A DNA stretch of 64,000 nt. It comes from Octopus sinensis (Eukaryota). Positions 52,250 through 64,000 of this stretch are shown in pieces. The translations under genes and the position numbers were made by a program. A model generated the notes under the pieces. The model was not told the DNA's origin and made no database searches. It was given only the letters and a program-made list of their open reading frames with translations. The DNA is taken from positions 91,016,001 to 91,080,000 of the forward strand of contig NC_042997.1 in NCBI RefSeq assembly GCF_006345805.1. The letters run 5' to 3'. The stretch's first letter is position 1; each line of letters begins with the position of its first letter.

Positions 52250-53640
52250 GCCTTAAGAATTTTGTTTTCTTTATGGGAGCATAAAAGAGGGATGTGACTT
52301 TTCCTGTTTTTCTCAAGAGCATTAGTGACTTCAGTGAAATAATTAAAGCTGAACAAAAAGCTGATGATATGCAGTTCTGACATGTCAGCTATTGTTTATT
52401 ACCAGAACATGTCACAATGGAGCATTGTGACAGGAAATGGCAGCTTACTTTGCTCAGAAGTTCTCATGTCAGGCTTTGTTAAAAATGTTATTGATATCAA
52501 GGACAACATCAATTTTGCTGAAGTTGTCAAAGATGAGAGATCATTGATGCATGACTTATTCCTCCAACAGTCTGGCTTTTTAAAAGCTATATTGATGGTT
52601 ACTGAAGAGGGAGAAATGATTAAACATGAAGGAGAATTTAGCTATATTAATGATGGTTAACATGTTTAAGATGTAGGGTGGGAACATGATACGTTGATAG
52701 TAAGTCTTCATAAATAGGAGAAAAAGATTGAAAAGTTTGTTAAAGATATGAGCTATCTCTGGAGCATGCTATCTGTAGGCAATGAAAACGATACTGTTGG
52801 AACCAATCACCTTGTTGATTTGCTGTGATCAGAGAAGTTTTCACATGTGTTCATTGTTTGTATGGAGGTGGAGGAGAATTTAGGAGTTTTGTTGTGTGAA
52901 TGTAGTGTTAAAAGCATAAATAGTGGCTTTAGTGGCAAGAGTGCTACTTATAGAACCATTTTAGTTGAGAGTACTAAGTACTGGAATTCTGAAAAGATGG
53001 TAAAGATTTTGGCAATGGCCTAGAAAGCTCTTCTGCAGTTTGAGAGATGAGAGCACAGAGGGATTCTTTCACATTTGCATGTGTTGTCATTGTTTGTAAA
53101 TGACTTCCAGTTGATGGCACTGGGTACATCATCTAGGTGTTGAATGCAGTATTCTTAGGTTGTACACTGATGCAGTGCATGGTTGTATGAAGAACGTAGA
53201 GAAACATATTAAGACAGCTGTCTCAGGAGGGTGTGCAGTGAACCTCATTTGCTGTCAAGAGTAGTCAGCCTAGAATTTGTATAGCCCTGAGCAGTTTACT
53301 GGCTCAGAGGGAGTGTTTTGCAGTGGGAATATGTGAGATGTATTGCTTTGATTAGGCTGTGTTTAGACAATCTGATGGGACAGTAGTAGGAAGAGGAGGA
53401 GGAATAAAGGATGGCGATAAGTATGAGAAAGAGATAAACAAATTATTTGGAGTGTCAGTGTGTCAAATGTAGCTATGAGAAAGATAGAATTTCTCTGTGC
53501 CACTGTTGGATGTCACAACTATGAAGTTGTGTGCGTTAAAACCAGCAAGTACAGATGAAGTGAGATAGATGTCAGTGCAAGAATAGCTACTGATTGTTAG
53601 AAGAATTGGATGGAAAGTAGTTGAGGCAGCAGATGAGATT
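52250..53640 (-). mobile_element. Probable heavily decayed L2-group LINE fragments
   Basis: Composition and scattered motifs resemble the 57420-58470 element; no intact motif series. Confidence 0.3.
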
Positions 53641-54154
53641 GATAAGGAAGAGAGATTGAGCTAAAATTTTTCATTTTTCCTGATTTCAAAATCAGTAGTG
53701 ACTCTATGTATGCACATATGCTACCATTTAAAACGAAGCATGTATGCTACCATTTAACCTGAACAGCTGAGATGGCTTAGATATTTAGCGAGATTAATTT
53801 CTGATCTAGTTTGCATGATGTAAATGTAGAAGATGGCAAATTGTCCAGTGGCTACTACTTCTGCTGTCACTGCACCCTTTAATAATCTTCTTCGTGAGCC
53901 TTACAGGTCTGGTTAATTGGCGTATTCGTTTTATAAATATTTTTCTCTCTTTACTGATATGAATTGGACAGTGCTGTAAATTTGGGATATTTACATAAGA
54001 ATTGTTGGAGTCATTTTTCACAGTTCAATGTTCCTACCAACATCAGTCACTGAAATTAAAACGGACAACTATTTTCCAGATTTACAGTTGTCACTAGTGT
54101 CTTGTTTGATTGTACAATGAAACATATCAGATAGAATTTTAACTTTAGATTCTT

Positions 54155-54185
<31 letters not shown>

Positions 54186-54358
54186 CATACATACATATAT
54201 ATTCCCTTGTTCGAAGGTTATATGGGTACAGTTTGTGTATCAAATAGCTAACTTAAGGCGATGGCCTCATGGAGCTAATAAGCGGACAGCTTTATTCTTA
54301 TTTTTATAAGAATGCCATATTAGTATGGCGATAACTATTATATATATATATATATATA

Positions 54359-54486
54359 TTATTATATAGAAGGAGCTTCTACAGGACTAGAACTGTTTCA
54401 TTCAAAAGAAATCATCAGAATGCTTCCTGATGATTTCTTTTGAATGAAACAGTTCTAGTCCTGTAGAAGCTCCTTCTATATAATAA
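54359..54486. repeat. Perfect 60-bp inverted repeat with 8-nt spacer, flanked by (TA)n
   Basis: 54359-54418 is the exact reverse complement of 54427-54486. Confidence 0.95.
54422..54470 (+). ncRNA. Type I hammerhead ribozyme motif (Penelope-type terminus)
   Basis: GCUUC-CUGAUGA-UUUCUUUUGAAU-GAAA-CAG-UUCUAGUC-CUG-UA-GAAGC. All core nucleotides are present, and stems I and III pair perfectly. Stem II is short and closed by U.U instead of G-C. Confidence 0.75.
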
Positions 54487-54553
54487 ATTAATTTACTCTG
54501 CTATGTATTGAGTACCTTATTTATTGTGGTTAACCCCGACTCAACCCGGGACC

Positions 54554-54608
<55 letters not shown>

Positions 54609-55982
54609 CATTTCCGCCAGGATTAACCGTCTAATTTACCTAAGGATGTCGCCTATTGTTGTGTTATTATTACTTTACTGGGTTATGTTACGTTCCCTTC
54701 TTGATATTAGCAATAAAAAGAAAGAAGACTAAGGTTATTCTCTGCTCATTCTTTCTTCCTCTATTCCACAATACTTTTTTTTAGATAGCATTTATAGTAT
54801 AACCTTATCTTCATTTTGTACTGTCACATTATGGCTTTCAGGTTAAGTCTGGACACTCGTGTCACCTTCAAGATACTTAGACGATGGCAGAATCAGCAGA
54901 GCGCTTGGCAAAACATTTAGCGTCATAATGTCATGTCACTTTATGTTTAGAGTTCAAATCCCACCCAAGTTTACTTCTATCGTTCATTCTTTCGACATCG
55001 GTAAAATAAGTACTGCTGTCCTAACCGACTAGAAGGTTACGTCCTACCATGGACAGTTAGTTCATTGACTGAATTTGTTATTACTATAACGAAGAGGATT
55101 TTTTTCTCTAGCAATAGTTGTGATGTGTGCCTTCTACTTAGCTAGACTTTTCTGTTGCACATTTACATGTTTTAAAATCAATATCTAGCAGTAATAAAGG
55201 CATGTTCATACGTAGTTTTCAAATAGTTCCCTTCGAATTTTAAATAAAATGTCATTTTTTTCTCTTGAAAATACAGTCAATCTTTACTATTTAGCTTTTA
55301 TTTTATAAATGTAACTGTTATAGTTTTATTTCCTTTCTCATTTAATGTTTTAATAATAAAATGAGAATAAAGATCTAATTAGTGAAAAGTATAAATCAAT
55401 AATGATTATGAAAAGCAACACATTTTTGTAGCTAACTACAGTGATTTTCTTTTTGTGCGCGTGTGTTAATTGAGCTAGTCGTGTCTTACGTTTTCTCGCT
55501 TGCGCCATTTTCATATACAGATTGTATTTAATGCTTTCTGTCTGTAAAGACGGTATTTCTGTATTAGGTGTATATTTGATTCAACATAGAGCATGTTTAA
55601 ACGTTTACCGAAGACTGCTTCAGATTACTTCGTTTCAATGTATTCATAGATGCAAGTCTGCACTGCCATCTTACCTTCATTAATAAACGCATTCGTGAGT
55701 TAAATTTAAAGGGAAAGAAAGTATCGAGCAATGTGAATATTAAACTAAATAGTATTTCAAGTTATCTTTTGTAACTGCCTATCTATAGACGCGATGTTTA
55801 ATTTCGCTATACATCAAAATGTTACGAAAAGATGAAATGACAAACAAGATTTGCCATCGTTTTCAAATGTGAAAACGCTAATTTGCAAATGTTATTGTTT
55901 ATATAAGTTACAGTTGCCCTAAAGTTTATATTCGAAGTTTGCGTAGAGTAAAGTTGACAGTTCGATTTATTATTTTGAAATT

Positions 55983-56304
55983 ATACGGAGATTCCTAACC
56001 CTAGCTACAAAAATTTTTGGAAATGTTTTTCAGAATCATAATCTCCGTATTTTCCCGCATATTGGGGGGGGGGGGGTTCTGAAAAATGTCTAAAAGAAAT
56101 TGGGGTGTGGGATGGGGTTCAAAATGCCGATTTTTGCCAATTTGTTTGCAGGTGGCAAAAATCGGCATTTTGAACCACCCCCACCCCAATTTCTTTTAGA
56201 CTTTTTTCAGATCCCCCCCCCCCCAATATGCGGAAAAATACGGAGATTATGATTCTGAAAAACATTTCCAAAATTTTTGTAGCTAGGGTTAGGAATCTCC
56301 GTAT
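55983..56304. repeat. Foldback / palindromic MITE-like element with about 155-bp arms
   Basis: Arms 55983-56139 and 56153-56304 are near-perfect reverse complements around a 13-nt loop. Confidence 0.9.
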
Positions 56305-56390
56305 CCGAAAACGGGGGCTTTTGGCAAAAAAAAAAAGAGAAAATGGTGGGAGGGGTGGTCTTTACGAAATTAGCATTGCTATAGTCGCAA

Positions 56391-56728
56391 GTATGGTTGT
56401 ATGGTGAGGTTTGCTTCTCAACCATATGGTTCTGGGTTCAGTCCTGCTGTGTGGCACTTTGGGCTTTTGTCTTCTATCATATCTCCGGCCGACCAAAGCC
56501 TTATGTATATATGTTTGTGTCTTTGTGTTTATGTTTGTCCTCTATCTCAACCAGTGTTGGTTGGTTTCTTTACGTCCCCGTGACATAGCGGTTCGACCAA
56601 AAAGACACATAGAATAAGTACCAAGCTTGAAAATAAATTCGGAGCGGGGTGCGATTCTTTGGACTAAAAGCACCCTTCGAGGTGGTTCACCAGGATATCT
56701 AATAGCTGAATCAACCAGTAAAAGGTAA
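56391..56728 (+). mobile_element. Major SINE copy. Further partial copies at about 15180-15345, 15835-16000, 18590-18990, 19825-19970, 21650-21860, 22140-22350 and 33200-33360
   Basis: Shared family motifs. Confidence 0.78.
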
Positions 56729-57419
56729 AAGATATCTGAACAGCCAGAATCTAGGACACCACTGACAGTCACAAAGATCCTCTGTATTCCCATCCAACTC
56801 GCATTAATGTTTGTTTTTAGTTATAATAAAAACCATTTTACATTACTCTGATGGGTTACTCTATACTTTTGTAGAGTACAAATTTATTATGTGTGTGTGT
56901 GTGTGTAAAATTTCTAAGTGGTGGAAGGCTGAAATTTTGGACTTTTGGAGACTTGTAAACATTCCTGGATACAAATTTTGACACCTGAATCCATGACATG
57001 TTTTGGAAAATACGGACGTATGGCAACCCTATTTTAAATTAGAATTTATGCAAGTACCCCATTAATTCGAAGCATGACTTAAGTATTAGATATATCCTAC
57101 TGTTTCTACAGTATCTTTCACACAGTTATTGTAAGAGAAACGATGCAATTGGTTTTCAACCAGATAAAATAACTACGCTTTCAGGTAGACTAATTTTCGT
57201 AGAAGTGTAACACTCCGAAATTTATTGTTGGAACTTGTTTTTCGATAACAGTTTTATTGTGATGGAACAACGAACAATTTTTTTTGTGTGTGTGTAAATA
57301 TAGCGAATGATTCTCTGCTTAGGTGAGAACATACTGCGCATTTCAAGATACTGTTATGTAGCACACGGGGTTAAGTGTCGCAGTTTGGACAGTCTTAGTA
57401 TGTTCGCAAATTCTAATGT

Positions 57420-58470
57420 AGACCACAGCGGAGTCGGGTTAGCTTTGGTTAGTTAAAAGACGGCATCGGAGGAGCCTGCATAGTCATATGACCTATGTGT
57501 GTGTGTTTACTTGTTGAGTCTGGAGGAAGCGACAGAGCCCATGGCTTTTGCAGACTCGATGAGACTGTTCCATTATTTAAGCTGATGCTTAAGACGTGAG
57601 TGGAGAGATTTCGGAGAGCCAATGTTTCCGGGGTTTAGCGGTTAGTACGAAGAAAAGAAATTGGATGCACCAGAGTGCCGCATCAGTGGTAAAACGAGTG
57701 GGTTAGAGTTGCCTGGGTGGTGGAGATACGAGACCAACCATCTCCGAAGGGCGAAGGTTGTTATAGTAGCGGTAGAAAAGACCGAGAATAGAGGCTGGGG
57801 TAAGTCTGTTAGTAATTGAGTTCCAGTCAGTCGAGTGACACTTTTCTGAATACATACCACCGCCTCAGATGTGGGAGAACTTCAGAGTAGGTTTTGTAGT
57901 TTCAGCAGCTGTCGTTTGTTGAAATATCTTCTTGTCAAAAGAGATGAGCTAGCCTTTGAGATGCATTTCCTAGCTATGTTAAGGGCGTTCTTTTGCCAAG
58001 AGAGATTCGCAGTGATAGCGGAGTCCAGCATTTGGTGTGGCGGGGGGCTCTAACTGAGTGCCATTCAGTTTTTGGAAGTGGTGTTTTGTGATGGTGTTTT
58101 CTTGATACGGTTAGGCTGCTCTCAAAACTTCCGTTTATGGAATCTATGCAGGTTTGGCGTGTCATGTTTAGATTGCTGGAGGATGATACGTGGTTCGGGA
58201 AGATAGGAGCAGAATGAAGGTTTTCGTAACAGTGAGCGTTGTTAGAAGCGGTGCAAGTAGATCACTGATACATGGGAGGCATCCAAATTCTCTTAAAATT
58301 GGATGAATATGCTAGATAAAGGTATGATATTGGATGTAATAGGTAGCTTGTGGTTATCTACTTCGTTCAGCTGATGGTGATACCACTGTCATGTATGACA
58401 CCAGAGAAATAATTAGAAAAATTGATATCTGATCAACATGGAAGTTCGTCGAGGTTATTTCGTCTACTAG
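57420..58470 (-). mobile_element. L2/CR1-group LINE fragment
   Basis: Decayed minus-strand ORF2 pieces, including an LFYRYYN-like C-terminal motif near 57760-57790. Internally deleted. Confidence 0.5.
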
Positions 58471-61400
58471 AAAATGTTTAAAACATTTTTTGCGATTCTT
58501 TTTGTTTCACTAGCTCTCTTTCTCTGTCTTTCTCATTTTTTTCTCCTATTGCAGTCTAGGCGCCTTTAATCTTTGTATCATGTATTGAATTATTTTCGGG
58601 CGGAAATTTGTATGGGAGATCTTTAACAAACGTTAAAGGCATACCACAGTAACGACGACTGTCGCTATTGACAACAGTAACTTGAATGAAAGAATGCGTC
58701 ACAACTTGTTAAAGTTTTGAAAGGGAGAGAGAAAGAAAAGGGAAAAGACACATATAGAGAAAGCTTCGATTAGCTTCTTCCCACATTCTTCCTTTCCGCA
58801 TATGAGTAAGCTGATGGAATAGAGCGAACCAACAAAAGAAACTTTTACACGTTGCTCGACCTGCTAGAAATAGCAGTCAAATTTAACAGATAATGCCACG
58901 ACGTTTCTCAGAATGTACACATTGAATAATGTAATCTTGGATATGCAGAAATACAGGGTGGGGGTCAAAGGTGAAACCTATTTCATCATGAGCTCGATTT
59001 GGGCTAACTTGGGACAAAGCAATTATCAGAATTCATGTCGACCTTTTTTCATTTGATATCGTATGAGTTTATGATTTCTCTCTCTCTCTCTCAGACAGTT
59101 TTTTTTTGCATATTTTTTTGTCTTTTTTTAGTACCTCTTCCCTTTCTTCTCCTTTTTTTCTCATTTCTTTACCTGTTTTACATTTTTTTTCTCTCACATA
59201 TACAAATTAAAAATAATAGCTAAATTTCTTTCAAATCACGCCCTAACCTCTTAATGCGTGTGTGTGTGTGTATACACGCACATACAGATCAAAGTATGTA
59301 GTATTATAGATCCATTACAACCGATTGGTAAGATCGGCTGTAAAGAAGTTTTAATACTGTATACTTAGATTAATAAACTCACTCCATTAACAGATATACG
59401 AATACATATTTTTTGGTCAGTGCACCTTCTTGAAGAATTTTAGTCATATGATTCGGTTCCAGGGCTTATTATTTTTTTGTAAAGCCTTGTACTTATTCTA
59501 TCGGTTTCTTTTGCCGAACCACTAAGTTACGGGGACGTACACACCAACCGGTTGATATATATATATATATATATATCATCATCATCGGCGTTTAACGTCC
59601 GCTTTCCATGCTAGCATGGATTGGATGGTTTAACTGTGGGCTGGCGAACCAGATGGCTGCACCAGGCTCCAATCTTGATCTGGCAGAGTTTCTACAGCTG
59701 GATGCCCTTTCTAACACCAACCACTCTGAGAGTGTAGTGGGTGCTTTTACGTGCCACTGGCATGGGGCCAGTCAGGCGGTACTGGCAACGACCTTGCTCG
59801 AATTTGTTTGCACATGCCAACGGCACAGGTGCCAGTAAGGCGATGCTGGTAACGATCCCACTCGAATGGTGCCTCCTACATGCCAGCTGATGTGCAATAT
59901 ATATTTGTGCTAATGTAAATGTATCTTGTATGGTATTTAATATACCTTCCATGCATTTTTTTGTTTTCCAAATTCATGTCATTGGCCACTCTGCATTATT
60001 TCTCTTAGCTCATTTTTGTTCTAATTATGTAAATTGCTCTAGACCATAAAGTGTTCTCTACTCTTTTTGTATATGTCTACTGGTGGGATAACTGCTATAC
60101 TGATGATACCTATTGAGGCAGAAACTCATGTCCACTACTATCCTTTTATCCTCAGATAAAAAAAACGAAGACAAAAACACTAAAATAGACTGTTTCTTCC
60201 TTTATGGCATGTCTGAGTGTATTTGTATTATATCTGTTGGCCTCTATGAACACGTTCTCATAGATAAATAAATATGGTCTCAATGAAGGCATTCATTTTT
60301 TTTTTCTGTCTTAGTTTGTCATGTTGAATAACCCAACTTGACAAGCTTTAGAAAGTAATTAACTTAGTAGTTAGTACTGTGTGTATCCTGTTTAAAATTT
60401 TACAATATAAGTATTAGGTAGCTGTCACAAATCAGGTTTTAGTTCTCAGTTTCAGTTCAGCATGCAGAACTTGCTAATCCATTTTATTGTTGTGTGAGGT
60501 AAAGTTGTGGGGTGGGTGCTGTTGAATTATAGAATTGTAGAGGATGAATAAGAATGGTACAATTTATATCAGAGCTTGAAAAGAGAATGAATTGAGATGG
60601 AATGGTTGGACTCTGGTACTTAATAGACTGAAATATGAGTAACAACAAGCAAAGAGGAGTTGTTTAATCTTTACTTACTTCTGATTGAGCACACCTATGA
60701 TAAAAACATTTGAACTATGACCATCCTGTTTTTTTTTTCTGTCTCACTTTTCTTGTTCTTTTTTTTTTTCACTGAACTTCAGACTGCATTATCCAGTCTC
60801 ATAAAATAGTATAATGTGGGAGATTTGACTACTAAATATGGCATCTCAAATGACTACATAGAGGTTCCCCCGTTGGCTTGCGAGATGGTTGGATGCAGTA
60901 AACATTATCGAAATGAAATGAATGCCACTAGTCAATGCTGTTCAAAGGCTGTAGGAACCTAATGAAATGTAATGCTTATTTATTCATATTGTTTTGAATT
61001 AATTGTGTATTATCTTGTAGCTTCAGTGGTTAGAGCATTGGGCTCACGATCATGAGGCAGTGAATTTGATTCCTGGACTGGATTGTGTGTTGTTTTCTTG
61101 AGCAAGACATGTTATTTCATGTTGGTCCAGTTCACTCAGCTGTAGAAATGAGTTGCAATGTCACTGGTGCCAAGCTGTATCGACCTTTGCCTTTCCCTTG
61201 GATACATAGGTGGTGCAGGGAAGGGAGGATGGTATGCATGAGCGACTGTTGGTCTTCCATAAACAACCTTGCACAGATTTGTGCTTTGGAGGGAACTTTT
61301 CACGGTCATTCATGACTAAAGGTCTTTATCCTTTTTTACTATCTTGTAAGCATCAAGATTTCAGTAATGTGATTGTTTACTCTTAGAATGACGTTGTAGA

Positions 61401-61677
61401 GAGGACAGGTGTGAGAGGCTGGATCTGGCAGATTTTAACATAAAATGGGTTGAATATTATGGCTGGATATACCTGGTTAAAACACTAAAGGGTAACCCTT
61501 TAGCATTTAAAGATATGTGATAATAGCTCCGCTGGTAGCAAGTTATGAGGAACTTTCTCTATTACACAGAAGAAAAAATGTGTTCAGAAGTTTACACCGT
61601 ACAAATGACAGACAGGATTTCAATTGAATAATGTGTGTACCACTAACTGTGTTTTTTATTATATATATGTATATATA

Positions 61678-62910
61678 TCATCCCATAAATAATGTTTTTT
61701 TTTATACTTTTTTATTTTTCAAAATTAAGATAAACACAGTTCTTTTTTAATTTAAAATATACTTTCCTTCATTTTCTTCAATGCTCTTCCATCTATCTGG
61801 TAGACTTGCAAGGCCCCTTTCCCACAATTCACTTGTCCATGATGAAAAATACTCCTCCAGTACTGTTCTGACCTCATCTACAGAATTCATATTTTTTCCG
61901 TTCAAATGATTTTGAAGACTGCGGAATAAATGATAATCAGGTGGGTGGGGCATTGCTTCCCATTTAAACTGTTCCAGCCTTTGGAATATCATCCTCGCTG
62001 TATGTGGCCAAGCATTATCCTGATAGAACACCTTTTGTCTTGAACACAAAGATGGTTGTTTTTCTTCTAACACTGACTTAAGCTGCTCACAGTAGATCTC
62101 TTTTGTTACCATTTGGTCTGGGTTTAAAAGTTCAAAGTGGACTAAACCTTTCATATCCCACCAAACAGATAACAACATCTTACATGGGTGATGACCTTCT
62201 TTAACCTGGAGTGCTTGTGTTTCTCCTTTCCCTACTCACTCTCTTCGGTGCTTGACATTTTTATAGAGAACCCATTTCTCATCCCCAGTTACTATTTGGT
62301 TCAAAACAGATTCATTCGTGAGACGTGACAGCAGTGAGGAGCACACATTCACTTTCTGCATGTGATTAGACTTGGAAAATTTGTGGGGAGCCCATTGACT
62401 CAATTTGCTGACTTTTCCAATGGCACACAGGTGTCGATGAATGGTTGAATGACCAAATCCAAGCTTCTCTGCTAGTTTCTCAAAAGTTACAATGGGATTT
62501 TGTTCCACCAGAGTTTGCAAGATATCCTTGTTGAGCTCTAAAGATCTTCCCGGACAAGGCTCATCTTCTAGGCTGTGGTTTCTGGCTCAGAGTTTGTGGA
62601 ACCACTGTTGACATTTTAAGCTTATTGTCTGGTCCCTGTATACTGTATTAATATTCTTTGCACTTTCCATTGTGTTGTTGCCTTTATTGAACTCATAAAG
62701 CAAAATATGCTGAATTTGCTTCTTTGTTACTTCCATTATGGCTTTGTAAAAATAACTGTTAAAATCAAACTGCACTCTTCAAAACTTGCACTAAGAATAA
62801 GGACATGGTGAAATTACTACATGCTTTTATAGCAGATTGATGCAGGTAGTTTATCCCATCCCTCTCCTACATGCAATTGAAAAAGCCGTATTATTTATGG
62901 GATGACCCAA
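61678..62910 (-). mobile_element. Near full-length mariner (Mos1/Hsmar-like) relic
   Basis: TIR TTGGGTCATCCCATAAATAAT at the right end; the left copy is truncated into (TA)n. Three frameshifted ORFs cover the HTH, WAPH, IVTGDEKWVLY, VWWDMKG, QDNAWPH and WKSIEENEGKYIL. Confidence 0.93.
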
Positions 62911-64000
62911 TTTATATATATAAAAGTAATCTTTCAATATTAGCACATCATCATCTGTCCTCTTTTTCTTTATCTATATAATGAAGGAATGTTGTGTGGG
63001 TAAATGACATTGTCCACTAATACCAAAGGATTGCCAACACACACACACACAGGGCGACTTCAGGACACTGAATCTTACAGAGGAAATGACAGAAATATCT
63101 TGCTGCACTCAAGGCCTATTGTCCACTGCAGTGTTTATGGCACTCCTCTGATGAAAAGAATTGACCTGCCAGAGCCTTGTACTCGTGCCACATAAAAAGC
63201 ACTTGTGTTGGCGCCATGTAAAAGCACTTTTGGCAGTGCCACTTTAGAGGTGCCTAGCACACTCTGCAAAAAGATTGGCATTAGGAAAGGCATCCAGCTG
63301 TACAAACCAAGCCAAATCAGACTTGAACTGGGTGCAGCTCTCCTACTTGCTTGCTGTGGTCAAACCATCCAGCCATGCCAGCATGGAAAACGGATGTTAT
63401 AGCCTGATGATGATGATGATATATATATATATAGGGTGCGGTGAATAAACCATTGTCTAAATTACACAAAAATGACAATAACAGTGACATCTCATCTTAA
63501 CAGATATATTTACCAGAATTACCGTTAGAAATAAGGACTAAATCTCCCTCAGATATACTCTACCATATTGACTGTCAGAAGCAAAAATAAAGATGTGTGA
63601 AATGACTTTGATTTGCTTCATTTGAGCCAACTTGGTACTAAACTGGAGCATGCATACACATACACTCAATGTTATAACTCCAGGTTAATTATATATCGAA
63701 CGGTTACGTACTCTCTATTTCATTCCCCCAACAACACTTATATCATCTTAGATGTTTTATATCAACCTCATTCTGAATCCATTTATGTATATAACTCATA
63801 ACAAAGGCCATGTGTATGGTGTTACTAGCAGGAGGGCATGTATCATTTTTACAAATCTTAAGAGAATATTATTGCTTCACATTTCTTTAACACAAATTTT
63901 ACTACAGCCGATAAGACTAAATAGTTATTCGATCTGTTAGATATAGCAGCTAATTCTCTCTTATATCATACCCTCCATCTTAAAACTAACATATCATAGG

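Noticed and set aside
50897-64000. MNT leucine-zipper exon (expected to resemble LKRKEKEYEHEMERLAREK)
   Set aside because: I found no acceptor followed by a matching frame. Purine-rich stretches near 58715 and 60560 contain stops or lack similarity. The exon probably lies beyond the window.
1-64000. CRISPR arrays, operons or other prokaryotic systems
   Set aside because: This is eukaryotic intron-rich DNA. The regularly spaced repeats are microsatellites or minisatellites without unique spacers.

Overview
AT-rich, repeat-dense animal genomic DNA. The SINE, mariner and RTE families look like those of Octopus (cephalopod); this is recognised from memory, not from a search. The only protein-coding gene I can support is a Max-network bHLH-Zip repressor, MNT, on the + strand. 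Four coding exons are visible: 24545-24611, 28671-28863, 36296-36337 and 50785-50896. They encode the Sin3-interaction motif, a poly-Pro/Ser linker, the basic region and the HLH. The leucine-zipper and C-terminal exons were not found and probably lie beyond 64000. Upstream lies a decayed 5.8S-ITS2-28S rDNA pseudogene (about 16300-18550, - strand) with an internal micro-inversion. A promoter-like CpG-rich region near 3 kb may belong to a divergent gene. The rest is transposon debris: five to six Tc1/mariner relics, hAT MITEs, CR1/L2 and RTE LINE fragments, many SINEs, Penelope-type termini with hammerhead ribozyme motifs, foldback elements and microsatellites. I did not find a wholly new biological system. 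The most striking items are an apparently complete hammerhead ribozyme with a perfect 60-bp antisense arm in MNT intron 4, an E-box cluster at the MNT promoter, and the rearranged rDNA pseudogene. Almost all ORFs in the supplied track are spurious or TE relics.
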